DNA of 63,200 bases, the filler included, from Hyphochytrium catenoides (taxonomy: Eukaryota > Protista > Hyphochytriomycota): NCBI GenBank assembly GCA_900088475.1. It is 16 parts of 16 records of this genome, joined end to end, with 100 filler letters (N's around TTAATTAATTAA, not from the genome) between each part and the next. Parts side by side here need not be neighbours in the genome. Positions count along the whole stretch, not along the records: positions 9,840 to 28,412 come from FLMG01002504.1; positions 28,513 to 32,653 come from FLMG01001133.1; positions 32,754 to 33,870 come from FLMG01002270.1; positions 33,971 to 37,167 come from FLMG01004268.1; positions 37,268 to 40,097 come from FLMG01003998.1; 11 more parts are not named here. The stretch is one strand, 5' to 3'. Below are positions 24,565-38,179 of the stretch, in pieces. Numbering within the stretch: the stretch's first letter is position 1; every line of letters begins with the position of its first letter. The notes under the pieces were generated by a model, which worked only from the letters and a program-made list of their open reading frames with translations, was not told the origin of the DNA and ran no database searches. The translations under genes were made by a program, and so were the position numbers.

Positions 24565-26093
24565 ATGTTTTGAGGAGAAAGGTTGACGGGAGGACGGGCT
24601 AGATAGGACGGCCTAGTACTTGCTTCTGTTTCCTAGGATCGTTGTCCCGCTGATGTCTAGGAAGTCTCTCTCTTCTCCACCGCTCCTGCATAGGCGTAGG
24701 TTGTCGAACGAAAGAGAGTGAGCGAGAGGGAGAAAGAAGCAGTGCTTCCTCCATGTCGCATCTTACAATGATTGCATTGTACTAGTAAAGTAAGGAAGGA
24801 GAAAGATAACGGACAATCCTCTTTCCTGATGGTCGGGTGAAGAACCTTAGACGCCTGCCTTCAACAGAAGGGATCACATGCTCTTATTCTCTCTCTCTCT
24901 CTCTCTCTTGATGCTTTACCTGACATACGTCAACTACTCCCTGAAGCGGGAAGCGACGGAGATACTCCTATAGTTGTTAGCTCCATCTTTCTTCTACATT
25001 CTCTCCGCTAGAACGGTCTGACGTCTGTCTCCTAAATGCGTGGGACTGCTGCCTCCACTGCTTGGTCCCATCTGCGCTTTCCTCTCTCTCCATGTGCTTG
25101 TCTAGAGCTTGCACGGCCCCAGTCTCTGCTCATGACCTTTTCCCAAAAACATCCTGCCAATTGGCAACCTGAACGCTCTATCCTTTTCTCTTTTCCTGTG
25201 CGGTGCTCTCTCTTCTTCAATGCAACGTGATCGTGGCTCCACACCTCACAAACTGGCCAGGATACGGGGAAGAACTCTCCACTGCTGAGGAAGTATCGCA
25301 CCGTATAAAGCGAAGAGAGCACGAGACGTAGGAGTCCGACAAAGGCAGTGAGCAATGGGAACTCTGAAGCTGACGCGGGTAGAGAAAGCTCCGCCAAAGG
25401 CTGCAGATAAGGTCTTCTGCGCCATTGGAGGCCATCGCCCCTTACTTCTTTGACAACATAAGGCGGACATGGCCTCTGTCGCCTGCACTTTAGACGGAGC
25501 GTCACCCTTCAAGCGCTAGTCAAGAAGGGAAGGCACAATGGTGGAACCCACTCAAGCGTCTAGGTCCAGATGGTGGCTCAAGTGTCGGCAACTGATGCTT
25601 CGCTACGTCTCCCCACTTCCTCTTCTCCGCCTGCATCGGCGCTGGTCCCCGCCTCTTGCAGCTCCTAGCTCCTAGGATCATTTCGCCCCTGTATTGACCC
25701 TTCCCCCTGACTGAAGAGCCTGCCCACGATGAGGTGGCGTGTCTTTTGCACGCTCTGAGACGCTTGTCCGGTCCAAAGGAGGCCGCTGCTTGCTGGCAGG
25801 CGGAGGATCGTGTTGACCGCATCCGGAACTCTCTCCCAGCCCACAACTTCTATTCGCTGGGACTAGGAGTTCGCTGTCTCTGGCTCGCGGTCTGCTCAGT
25901 GCACACTCTGTCTCTCATAGCTCTGTACCAAGCTTCAGCCTCATTCAGAGGATTCTCTGGTCTTTGGGATCTCTCTGTCGAGGCTCATCAGCGGCTCAGG
26001 TGTCTCAGGCCGTCGGCGCTCAGGCTTCTAAAAGCGGCCTGGACAGCCAGAGTTCGAGGATTGTTGTATTGTTGATTGAAAGTTTTAAAGTAC

Positions 26094-26138
<45 letters not shown>

Positions 26139-26234
26139 TCTCTCTCTCTGTCTTTCCATGTGTCTCGCTCTCTCTTGCACGCACTATCTTCATCTCTGTG
26201 CTTCATCTCTCTGTGTCTGTAAAACTTCTTTCTC

Positions 26235-26266
<32 letters not shown>

Positions 26267-26615
26267 CCTCGTCCTCTCTCTCTGTCTCTCTGTCTCTCTG
26301 TCTCTCTCTGTCTCTCTCTGTCTCTCTCTCTCTCTCTGTCTCTCCTACCTCTAACCTTGAAAGCACATCATTCAGGGGAATGTAAGTCGCATCTCTCTCT
26401 CACTTCAACTCCATGCTCCTCCGCCCATTGCTGTCGCCACGTTACTCTGGCCACCGCCCAGATAGCCCAAAGAGCTCGGCCAAGACGCCACTCGAGACGT
26501 CTCTACTCTCAATCAGAAAGGNNNNNNNNNNNNNNNNNNNNNNNNNNNNNNNNNNNNNNNNNNNNNNNNNNNNNNNNNNNNNNNNNNNNNNNNNNNNNNN
26601 NNNNNNNNNTCAGCC

Positions 26616-27840
26616 ATGGAGTCCTTGCGCCAGCTAATAAAGGTGCCATAGTTGTTACCTCCTCTCTCTTCTATCCCCTGCTTTCTCTGGCCTGCCCTCT
26701 CTCTCTGCCTTTCCCCCTCTCTCCCTCTCTCTCTTTCTGTCTCTCTCCCTTTTTCGCTGTCTGCCTGTCTCTCTCTTCTCTCTTCTCCAGCATTATGATC
26801 TCTCTCACACTCTCTCTTGTTCTCTCTTTCTCTTCTCTCTTCCGTCGCTAATCTCTAGCGTTATGCTCTCTCTCTCTCTCTCTCTTCCCCTCCCACGCTC
26901 TCCTTTCCTTCCTTCTTCTCTCCTTACCCATTGTCTTTGCCTTATGATTTCTCTTTGTATAAGAGAGTCTCTCTCCCTTCTTGAGTCTTCCTCTTCTCTT
27001 CTCTCTTCCTCTAACTCAGAGACGATACTCTTCTCGCTCGTAGGAAGATCTTCCCGCCTATCTGAAGTCTCTCCCCGTCCCTTGTTGCCTGGGGGAGCTG
27101 CAGCAGCTAAAGAGAGAAGAATGGATGCAGCTTCTCCCTTTCATTGTCACTCTCTCTCTCTTACTCTTCTTCCAGCTGTACGCGCTTAACAAGCTTCTCT
27201 CTCCTTCTCCCAAGCTCGAGTGTCCTCTCCCTCCTCCGCCTCGCGTCAATCGCCGGATTCAGCTAGAGAAAGAGAAGATTGTGGACACCTGCAGGGTGAA
27301 AGACATCGAGGACATGGGGAAGAGAGTCTACTGCAGGTGCTGGAAGTCCAAATCGGTAGGAATACACTCTCTCAGCGATGGTTCATCTTCTTCTCTCTCT
27401 CTTCTGTCTCTTTCTCTTTCGCTCTCTGCCTTTCCTCGCCTGACCATCCCTAGCATTCTGATTATGTTCTTGCTCTTCTCGGTTGCTTGCTTGTCCACCT
27501 GTCGAGTATCTCTCTCTTCTCTTCACTTACACCTCTTTCACTTGTTGCTTCATTATGTTCTATGTCCTCTCTGTCCACTTTTTCTCTCTCTCCTTCTCTC
27601 CTTCACTGCGTCTCTCTCTCGCTGTTCCTCGTCTCATTCGTTTTCTCTCCACTCTCCTTTGAAACAATCCTCTGTCTCGTCTTTCCCTGGCACTTAGATT
27701 CTGCAATGCGCGCTATCATTTCCCCTCGTCGCTGACTTTCCTTCTCCCTTCCGCAGTTCCCGCTGTGCGACCAGAGCCATGTCAAGCATAACAAGAGCGT
27801 GGGAGATAACGTTGGTCCTCTCCTCGTCAGCAAGGAATAA
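26616..27840 (+). CDS. CISD2: CDGSH iron-sulfur (NEET) protein, CISD2/NAF-1 type, 140 aa
   Basis: Exons 26616-26642, 27044-27355, 27757-27840. [22 protein letters not shown]...EEWMQLLPF, a TM helix, then [31 protein letters not shown] (3Cys-1His ligand set). Confidence 0.93.
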
Positions 27841-27923
27841 TAACTATGCTGTTAGGGAAGTAAAAGGGACAAGTGTTATAGGAGAAAGAAGATAAGGACA
27901 GGAAGGGAATCGGGAAACCGGGC

Positions 27924-27972
<49 letters not shown>

Positions 27973-28512
27973 AAGAGAGAGGTGTAACGACTTGCGAGAG
28001 AGAAGGATCAAGAAACTTCCGTCTTCGGGGTCCGTTTAGATGCGCAGACAGAGCGAAAGAGCGCCTAACGCCCTCTATTACTTCCACATAAAGTGCTCGG
28101 CACAGCGGAGCCACTTATAAAGTGGCAGAAGGGCGAAGAGAGATGAGACACAGAGTCCAAGACGCAAGACAAGGAGCGAGTGAGAGAGAGACTCTTCTGT
28201 CTCCCTTTCCTTTTCTTCATAATATAGGGTAAACTATAACTAGCTCTCTCTCTTTCTTTGTGAGCTCAAGAATCGGACGAGGAAGGAGAGAGAGAACAGT
28301 CCAGCTGTGACTCTGGTGCTGCGTTGGAGGGAGAAGCAGGAGCATTATTAGGAGAAGTCTCTTCCTCGCGTCTTTCCTCATCCTCCTCTCGCACCGTGAG
28401 GTGAGTCAAGGANNNNNNNNNNNNNNNNNNNNNNNNNNNNNNNNNNNNNNNNNNNNTTAATTAATTAANNNNNNNNNNNNNNNNNNNNNNNNNNNNNNNN
28501 NNNNNNNNNNNN

Positions 28513-28919
28513 CTGACATGGAGGCCTAAGGTACATGGACAAGAAGTAAAAGAAAGAAAGAAAGAGAGAGAGAGAGGTGCAGCTCAATTTCTCAAGCTTA
28601 AGATCGCCTACTCTGTCCCTATCCTGGATCTCCTAATAACTTTCCAAAGAGTCTCAGGCTGGACGTTCCTAGTGTCTCGTCTTCTCTCCCTCGCTCTTTC
28701 TATCTCTCTCTTCTCTTCCTTTCACTCTCTCTCCCGTTTCTCTCTGTATGTTTGTGTGTGTCTCCCTCTGCTATTTCTCTCTCCCTCATTCTGGCTCTTC
28801 TTCTCCGTCATCCTTCCCCCATTGGTGCTCTCTCAGACCTTCTTTCAAGAGAAAAATCTTTCTCTTTACAAGGGTCAACATTACTCTTGCTTGCTGTCTA
28901 CCTTGGACTACCTTTCTTT

Positions 28920-28966
<47 letters not shown>

Positions 28967-29485
28967 TGCTTCTGTTTATCTCTTTTGTCTCTCTCTTATC
29001 TATCTCTTTCTCTCTCTCTCTCTCTTCCTGCTTCTGTTTATCTCCTTTGTCTCTCTCTTCTTATCTATCTCTTTCTCTCTCTCTCTCTGCCTGCTTCTTT
29101 TTATCTCTTTTGTCTCTCTTTTCTTCTAGCTCTCACTTCTCTCAAGCACGCTCTCACTTCGATATCTCTCCTCAGGTCCTGAGGCCTGGCATTGAGCAGT
29201 CCTGCACTCTCCTCTTCACGTGCAAGAACAAGATAGAAAGAGAGAGCCGGCTTCTCCTCCAATCAGCATCAAACGGAGAAGAAGTAGCGGAGGAAGATGG
29301 AGGCGGAAGAGAGAGAATAGGGAAAGAGAGAGAGAAGAGAGAAGGACGAGAAGGAGGATGGAAGATGCCCGAGCGACCGAGTGTGGACATTCTTCTTCCT
29401 GAAGGATTGGCTCTGGGCTCGGCAGTGGGACGATGGGATGAAGACAAACAGGAGCTGGAGATCACGCTAATGGAAGAGGTAAACC

Positions 29486-29545
<60 letters not shown>

Positions 29546-32024
29546 GAAAGGGGGACAGTGACAAGGAGGACAGAGATGGCTAGGCAACAGGCAGGACATC
29601 CCCACGAAGAGAGAGAGGTAGTGGGACAGGAAAGAGCTGATAGCCAACCCAAAGAGAAGAATACGACAAATATTTTACCCAGGAGTGGCAGTTTCTGGAA
29701 ATGGGAACCAAACTTCTCTCTCTCTTCTCTCTCTCTCTGTCCAGGTGGAAGGCAATGTACCGGTAAAGCTCCAGATAGCAGGTGTTCGGACTCCAGAGTC
29801 TGTCCGTGAAGCCTCTCATTGCACACTGACCATCACAGAGAAGCTCACACAAAGGCCTACAGTCCCTCCCTCAACGAGGGGCGGACAGGCTATCGCAGGG
29901 CCTTCTTCCCTCTTCATTCCTGAGATAACTGCAGGTTAGTCAGCAACACTTTGCCCTGCAGGACAAGAGGAAGAGTTTCTGTATCTTGTGAGCATCAGCT
30001 CTTGCAGCTTTTTCTTTGTTTCGAATTTTGAAGCTTTTTCTGCAGATTCCCCTTCCTAAATTTTGCATATTTGAAGCTTTCTGCAGATCGCAAGATCATA
30101 TACTTTTGAAGGTTTTATTCATTTGTAGCCTTGCAGCAGTGATAACTCGTCTTCCCTTGGCTCTATAGGAAACCTCACTGGAGCTTTAAGCTTCACGCCG
30201 CTGAACTCAAGTCCAGGGGTCAACACCACGGTGGTTGTGAGCTTCACCAGCCAGGGAGGCGTGCCCGTGAGCGGAGAAATCAGAGTTCTTCTCCCTTCCA
30301 CAGGATGGAAAGTCTCTCAAGAGATCACGGCAGCAATAACGTTAGGGGCAGAAGGAGCATCGTTCTCCTCTTCTTCTTCCTCTTCTCCTGCCGTTGTGCG
30401 CTATGATAGCGGCTCTCGCTTTATATCGGTGCGGCTACCTTTTTCTCTCTCAGTCAGAAGTGGAGAGCGGGTCTATCTCTCTCTCTTTCCCTTGACCACT
30501 CCTACAGAAGAGACAGAGCCTGCACTTACTCTCATTCGCTCTTTTGACGCGGAAGGGCGGCTGATAGACGAGAGCAAAGAGCTGAAAGTTGGGAGAATAA
30601 GCAAAGTCAGCGCCAAGGATCTCTCTCTCGCCTCCTCTATCTTTGACCGCTATGACAGGGAAGAGAAAGGTTCTCTCCCTCTCTCTCTCTTGCCGAGTCT
30701 CCTAGAAGGAGTAGGTATCTTCTTGACGGAGAGAATGTATGAGGAACTGGTTGCGCAGTCTCCCCAAGTGTCTCTCTTGCCTCCACAGAAAGAGAGAGAG
30801 GAGCAGGTGCAGGGAGGAGAGACGGGCATTCAAAAGAAATCTTCAAAAGGAGAGAAAGGGGAAGAGAAGGAAGCACTTCCTGTCTCTCCTCTTCTTCCGA
30901 AGCCCGTTTTTCTCTCTCTCTTTGCCTCTCTCTACGCCTCAACGAACAAGTTTGGTTCTCTCTTGCGGAAAGCGGCAGGACGAGGAGAGGAAGAGAGAGT
31001 GGAAGAACTGGTTCGGAGAGGATGTAGCCCCGAGGGAAGAGACGGGCACGGTCTCTCTCCTCTCCATTATGCGGCAGAGTTTGGCCATGTGAAGGTCATA
31101 GAAGCATTGATGCAGCTCTCTAAGCTAGGGAAATCACAAGAAAGGAAGACTTTGGAGGTGCACAATTGTCTCTCTCTCTCTCCCTCTCTTTCTCGCATTC
31201 AACTTTNNNNNNNNNNNNNNNTCTCTCTCCCCGTCTCTTTAGCGGTCTGGCTTCCTTACTCTGTCTCTATTACACTCGCTCAATCTCACTACGTTGCCTT
31301 TGTCCGTCTTCGATTTTCTGCTCTCTTCGAGCCTCATTTCCTCCCTAAACTCTCTCTTTCTGTCGCGCGCGATATCTCTTTCTTCTCTCTTCATTTAGAT
31401 CTTTCCTTCAGTCTTCCTGCTTGATTCTCTTTACTGGCCAAGAGTTTCTCTTTTTATCGAGATTGTTCCGACTTGAACGCGTCTCTTCCTTCTGTTCCCT
31501 TTGTCTCTCTCTCACTCTCTCTCCCTCTTTCTCTCTCTCTCTCTCAGGTTGATGCCCGTGATAACTTTTCCTGGACGCCTCTCCACTGCGCAGCTGCTAA
31601 CAATCAGAGAGAAGCTGCTCGCTCTCTCCTTTCTCTCGGCGCCAATCCTCTCTCTCTCTCCAAAAATGGAAGGACACCTCTTCACTGTGCAGCCTCTAAA
31701 GGCTTCACGGAGATGTGTGCCCTTCTTCTCTCCCTCTCTCCTGGTAAGGAGAGAGAGGGCATGGGAAAGGCACGAGGGGGTGAAAGAGAAGAAGAAGAGA
31801 GAAAGAGAAGAGAGCAATTGGATCAGAGAGACGAGATGGGTTGGACGCCTCTCCATTGCGCAGTAATGTATGGAAAGAGAGAGACAGCGGGATTTTTAAG
31901 AAAGCAAGGCGCGTCCATCTCTCTTCCCGATCTCTGCGGCTATACGGTGCGACACTATCTCAAGTATGAAGATGAGGGAATGAAGGGAGAAGAGTTTCTC
32001 TCCCTTTTCTCTCTCGCTAAATAG
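28513..32024 (+). CDS. Protein with two tandem beta-rich domains, an EF-hand-like motif and ankyrin repeats; 5'-truncated
   Basis: Exons 28513-28530, 29176-29478, 29745-29934, 30169-31157, 31548-32024, all in phase. EF-hand-like IFDRYDREEKGSLPLSLL. Ankyrin repeats GLSPLHYAAEFGH, WTPLHCAAANN, GRTPLHCAASKG, GWTPLHCAVMYG. Confidence 0.88.
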
Positions 32025-33986
32025 CAGTCAAACGAGGGACACGAGAAGAGAGAGAGAGAGAGACTTGTCCTTCTGTTTCTCTCTCTTCCGTCAGGGAGAT
32101 TGCACTGGTTATGCCTCTAACTTTATATAGAAAAGAACGAGAGAGAGGACACCGAGAGGGTCATACCAGGAAGGGAAGCAGGACAACTTCAGAGAGAGAA
32201 TGGGCCCGGAGAGAGAGAGAGAGAGAGAAGAGAAAGACAGGTCATAAGGTGACTGTCAAGCAGGCATCAGAAGCGTGTTACCAAGTAGAACAGTTAGCAA
32301 AAGAAGAGAAGAGACAAAACTGAAGAGACGTGGAGCGGGGAGACGAGAGTGAGGGAGAGAGAGAGAAGAGAGAGAGAGAGAGGAGAGAGAGAAGGTAACA
32401 GCTCCTCCCACATCAGAATCAAAAGAAAGATACTCCGGAGTACTCACCTTACCCTATGAATGAGCCAGTACCGGCTACTAGCCAATCTCTATCCTCAATC
32501 AAGAAGCTTTCTATCTCATATAAATACATCATTGGCCTCCTTTATCAGGAATTGAGCATCGAATGAAGAGAAATGATTGGTTCTCTTCTTCAATAGCCCA
32601 ACGAGAGAGAGAGAGGAGAGAGTGAGACAGAAGAGAGAGAGAGAGAGAGAGAGNNNNNNNNNNNNNNNNNNNNNNNNNNNNNNNNNNNNNNNNNNNNTTA
32701 ATTAATTAANNNNNNNNNNNNNNNNNNNNNNNNNNNNNNNNNNNNNNNNNNNNGTTTGATTGCTAGGGGGTCACAGGGGTTGCAGCCAATCTTAGCAAAC
32801 GTATGGGTCACCAAGTTCATATGATCCTAGCATAGATATAGGAACAACACGATATTCAGAAGAAGAACATGACTACATTTGCAAAACAAGGACAGAGACT
32901 TGGACCAATTAAGAAAGTGAAAGGGACTGAGAAATCCTAGAACGTAGCACTTATACCCTTCACATTGGAGAGGAGACAGAAAGAGTGCTGTAGAGAATGT
33001 TGCTGCAAAGAGAACAATAAGGTGAGAGATAAAGGTTATGGTTAGGTAACATTTTGGTAGTTGGAGGCGATAGAAATGGGGGTTAGAGTGTCAAGACAAG
33101 AAGGCTACTACGTGAGATCGGGCTAACAGACACGCAATCGCAGAAACGCAGGAGAGTACGTAAGCTGAAGATTCCCCGACCAAAAATATAAAGACAAGAT
33201 GGAGAGATTGTCTACGAGGACAAAGGACAGGAAAAGCAACATTGCCAATTAAGCCGCTCTTCTCTCTTCTTCCGCGCAGCGTCGCTCTTTGGTAGTACTT
33301 TGTAGACTTGAGTGCTCCCTTTGCAACATCAGTCTATGAAACTCTGAAGCAGAGCATTCTGTGCTTTCTGGCATCTCCTCAGTAGAGATAGTTAGCCTCG
33401 TGCCTCCTAATCGGTCCATGGCACAGACCCAGTCTAACGGCTCGTTACTGCTTCATTCTTTGTTTCAAGGTCAGGAAAGAGCAGTTTAGATGGTGTTGAA
33501 GGGCACTTTTCTATTTCCTCCTTCTGTTTCCCTGCTGAACCTTAAAATAGATTTGTTACAGAAGGGCTGAACGGAGACGAGCGAGCATCAAGAGCACAGG
33601 AAAGAGGAGAAGGAGAGAGAGAGAAAGAGAAGAGAAAGGGTCATTCTTCCTTCTCTCGCTCCCTTCACCAGAATTAAAGGGGACTAATCTGGGGAAGTAA
33701 GATATCAGAGCGTTGGCCTCTTCTCTCCCTGTCTCTCTCATTATCTCTTCTGAATTCACTTAAAAACACGATTGATCATTATCATCTTTTCTTCTCCTAG
33801 TTGACGACGGGGAGAGGGGAAGTGTTGAGAGCAGTCCGGTCACGACGTACCAACCGGCGCGCTAACAGAGNNNNNNNNNNNNNNNNNNNNNNNNNNNNNN
33901 NNNNNNNNNNNNNNTTAATTAATTAANNNNNNNNNNNNNNNNNNNNNNNNNNNNNNNNNNNNNNNNNNNNTCCTCTGCACTGTGCC

Positions 33987-36233
33987 ATGGTCGGGAGAAA
34001 ATATCCCAATCAATTGGTGGCCCTCAGCGCTCAGACTCCTTCTGAGGCTCGCTTACCTGAGGCGGAGCTTGCAACAGAAGTCAAATGCGCCATCATATCA
34101 GCTCAGAATGCCTCTCCTACGTATTCCCCAATGAAGCTAATCGCTGCCAGGCCTCAGGGAACTAACGAAGTCACCACCGAGTTTAACAGTCTCATGGTCT
34201 CGACAATCAAGGCCCATCCTAGAATGGTATTGTTGTCAGTAGCATTTGACGGAGTGTCGTCTGAGGCAGACTTTATAAGGACTATGCAGCTTGACTTCCT
34301 CCATGGCAAGTCCAACGTTGTGGCACTTGTGGACCCGAAGCATGTGGCAAAGGCCTTGAGAAATCAACTCACGTTAGGATCCTCCCTGGTCTTCGCTGGC
34401 AACTACCTGGTGGATCCTGGCCTACTTATGGAAGCTGGAGTCTCTTCAGAGCTCTATCAGATCACTGACTTTGCCTCCGATCTCTTGGTTACGCGGCTCT
34501 GTTCGCCTAAGACACTAAAGCTCCTCTCAGAGTTGGAGAAAGGAGGTGCTCCCCCGCCACTGTCCTCACCTGCTGCTCTCGGTGCCTGTCTCTTCTTCCT
34601 GCGTCTCTTTCTACTAGCTGTGGACTCCGACGACATGCCCAAGTACTCGCAAATCGCATACATTTGGTGCTCTTTCATCTGGTTTACCTCTCTGAGTGGA
34701 GTTCATATGACGACAAAACGCAATCTCGCTTCGTCAGTTATTGGCATGATCTGTCTAATGGTGCAAGCAGACGTCAAGAGAATTAGACTTGTCACAAGCG
34801 AGCCTGCAGAGCACTTCTTCGGTATTTTGCGGCAGTGGCGAAGAGAGTTTACGGTTGCAGAGCTCTTGATACATGCAGCGAAGCTGGAGGTCTCCTTGGC
34901 ATGCACTTTCAGGTCCAAGCTGGCAACGTCAAGGCATCCAGGAAAGGGGTATCAAGCCACCTTGGCGGGATTTATGGAGTCTGTGCAGAGAATGTTGCAT
35001 ACCCGTAATAAGAAGAAGTCCAGCCGTCCAGAAATTTCTCCTGATGCTGATGTTGATGACGAGACTGTGGCGGGAGTTCATGTGAGGAGAGCTGGGGGTT
35101 TGCCTGTAGCGCAGCAAATCGAGAGTGCCCTTCTTGATATAATCAACATGACAAGCCATCAAATGGAGACACTTCTGACCACAACGAGCGGTTTAGCTTT
35201 CGAGAAGGCCCAACTCTCTCCTTTCTGCCGCAAATTCAAGTCCATGAAAGACTTGGCGGGCCAATACCAGAGATACCTTCCTGAGGGCTATACTTACCCT
35301 CCTTTGGGTGAGCAGGAGGGACGTAAGAGTGCCAATCCACGTGGAGCCCCAAGTTCTTTTTCCAGGAAGTATGCGGATGATTATGAAGGTGATTGCTCGG
35401 TTGAGGAACAAAGCACTTCTATGGACAAGCAGCCGCGAAGTAAAGAAGATGAGGGCCCTAGAAAGAGCGACAATCAACAACTCTCTGTCCTTTCATCCCT
35501 GGCCTCGCAGCTCCTTTCTCTTCCTGGGGATGACCCTTCTGCTTCTGCTTCCTCTAGCCGCCACAGAAAAGGTGATGAGGAGAAGCCTGTTCAGCAGGTC
35601 ACCTTTGACGATATTATTTTGAAGGCTTTAGCTCCTTCCACCGAAGCAGCGTCGGAGGAGCGGGATGGACTGGTCTTTGCGCTGAATAGCAAGCGCTTTG
35701 GGGCAGTTCTGGATGTAAAGAAGCAGCAGGAGGGCCTCAGGACTCCAAGTCAGTTCTTTGAGCAGCTGCGCCTCTCCCTCGAGGAAATGGCGAAGAAGGA
35801 GGACGCCGGAGCTACCGACGGGCTTACGAAGTTTAAGAGTCTAGCATCACGGTGGTTGAGCAGCAAGAAAAGCAGCGGTATACGGGTGGAGTCGATTGCA
35901 AGAGGCGATGTCTTCATATATGACGGCGTTCATTATGCAGTCTGTTCTATATTCCAGAAGTCCTACAACAAGTGGAGGCTAGAGCCTTTTGGGACCAGGG
36001 ACACGAATACGATTGTATTCGTTGTTCAGGTAAAGGCAGTAAGCACCTTGGAGATGGTGGATGGCCTTCACACCCGTAGGACTAGCTTTGAGCCTGTTAC
36101 GGTCTCCGAAGATGGAGCAACCGCTGACGAAGTCTACCTCAAGCTGTATGGCTTCACAATCCAAGCAATTGCTGGTAGGATGCCAACTATGTACAGCAAT
36201 AGTGCTAGAGATCTTGTCCAGATTTTCTTCTGA
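33987..36233 (+). mobile_element. DDE transposase, P-element/THAP9-like; intact 748-codon ORF, probably 5'-truncated
   Basis: SVAFDG, DPKHVAKALRNQL (DxxH-x-K-xx-RN) and SEPAEHFFGILRQ (E-x-FFG-xx-R) occur in P-element order. Intronless, and the frame is open to the scaffold edge. Confidence 0.7.
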
Positions 36234-38023
36234 GGAAACTGCTATTGTCCTTCCTCGATCAAGTCCCAATAAATAGTGACATCTTCTCCACAGAGAGCAG
36301 CGTCTACTCCTACAGAAGGTTATCTTTCTTAAGCTTCTTTAGTTAAACCCCTTTTCTACTTCATTGTCTTTCTAATGTGACACCTTACGTTGTAGTACTG
36401 CAGTTGGTGATAGCCCTTTGTTCTGGCCAGTAATCCTTACTAGAGCCATCATCCGCTGTTGCCTTCGATTCTTCCTTCTTACAGAATGCTTCTTCTCCTG
36501 CCAAAACATACTTCGTAGCTTGATTAGTTCTTATGTACTAAATTTCTATGGTAAAACTGGGCATAGACTAATCAATTGTGTCAAGAAAGAAGAGGCTATT
36601 GTCCTTATANNNNNNNNNNNNNNNNNNNNNNNNNNNNNNNNNNNNNNNNNNNNNNNNNNNNNNNNNNNNNNNNNNNNNNNNNNNNNNNNNNNNNNNNNNN
36701 NNNAACGGCACGATGGCATCTTCATCAATATCATGCGGGAGGTACAACGTAGTAAGAAGAAGAGTTATTTAGCCTGCCATTTATTATCATCAAATTGGAT
36801 TCGAAGCTTCGTACTATAATGATCATCAGAAGCTCGCACTCATCATCATTCAGGTGGTCTTCATCATAAAGGATCTGGGATATGACCATAATTCTTACAT
36901 GTTATTCCAGAATAACAGCTATAATATTTAGAATAGAGTTAGCTCTGCCCTTCCCCGCCAGCCTTCCAGCAACCCAATCGCGTACGGCCTTTAATACTGA
37001 GATGTATGAGAGCCCGCCAGCCGTCGCCTCCAATCCGGTAGTACGCGTTTAAGTTGCGGCGGGCGTAGGGATGTACCCCCTCCTGCACGTAGTAGCGGTA
37101 GCAAGTAGAGTAGTAGTGGCAGTAGTGATTAGTAGTGTGTAGTAGTAACCGTAGTAGTGGTAGGCAGNNNNNNNNNNNNNNNNNNNNNNNNNNNNNNNNN
37201 NNNNNNNNNNNTTAATTAATTAANNNNNNNNNNNNNNNNNNNNNNNNNNNNNNNNNNNNNNNNNNNNGAGAGAGAGAGAGAGAGAGAAAGAAGAGAGGAA
37301 GGGAGATACAATGTAACTCTAAAGAAGAGAGTGGAGATAGGAAGGGAGTCGTAGTGGGAGGAGGATGCGAAAGGAAAGATATAATGAGAGGCTACGGTCG
37401 CTGCCACTGAACGGAGGAATGGCGCGGTCTAATGAAGCTGCAGCGCCTGCCGGGTAATGACAATAGACAGTGGGCGGCTTGGCGGTGTGACGGAGAGAAA
37501 CGGCGAACAAAGGAGAACAAAGAGGAGAGAGAGAAACACACAGAAAGAGAGAAGAGAAAAGGTGATGGCATCAAGAAGCTGTGTCGGTTTATTATTCCCG
37601 AGGCATGGAGACCGCTGCCTCACTGGTGCTTTCCTAGATCTTCTGACTTTCCTTTCCCTCTATTATTATATTATTGACCTCTCTTGGCTCCTATGTGTCT
37701 TTCTCAAATCTATGGGTTCTCCTCTGAAGAGGGTAAGCAAGCTTACGTACTTGCCTTATCAGGAGAGAGAGAGAGAGAGAGAGAGAATAGAAGAGAGTGA
37801 TGACGCCTGAGTCGTATGCAGGCTCGTTCTGGAATGAGGTTGCCCTCATTTCCCCGCAGATTGGAAGGACTTTGTACTCACCTCTCTTCCATGCAGGGAA
37901 GTATGTAACCTTACCTCTTACCTCCCTCTCTCTCCCTCTCTCTCTTTCTCACTCCTTCTCTTCCTCTCTCACTCCCTCTCTCTCTCCCCCTCTCTCTCTC
38001 CCTCTCTCTCTTTTTCTCTCTCC

Positions 38024-38054
<31 letters not shown>

Positions 38055-38179
38055 GCTCTCTCTCTCTCTNNNNNNNNNNNNNNNNNNNNATGTCCTATGA
38101 ACAAGAAGCTGGAGCGTCAAGGGACACGATGAAGATCAGTATTTGGAGGCAAAGAAGCGTGCCGGTGGTGGGCTGTTGG

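Noticed and set aside
25030-26075. Overlapping 60-160 aa ORFs on both strands
   Set aside because: No consistent frame, splice model or motif.
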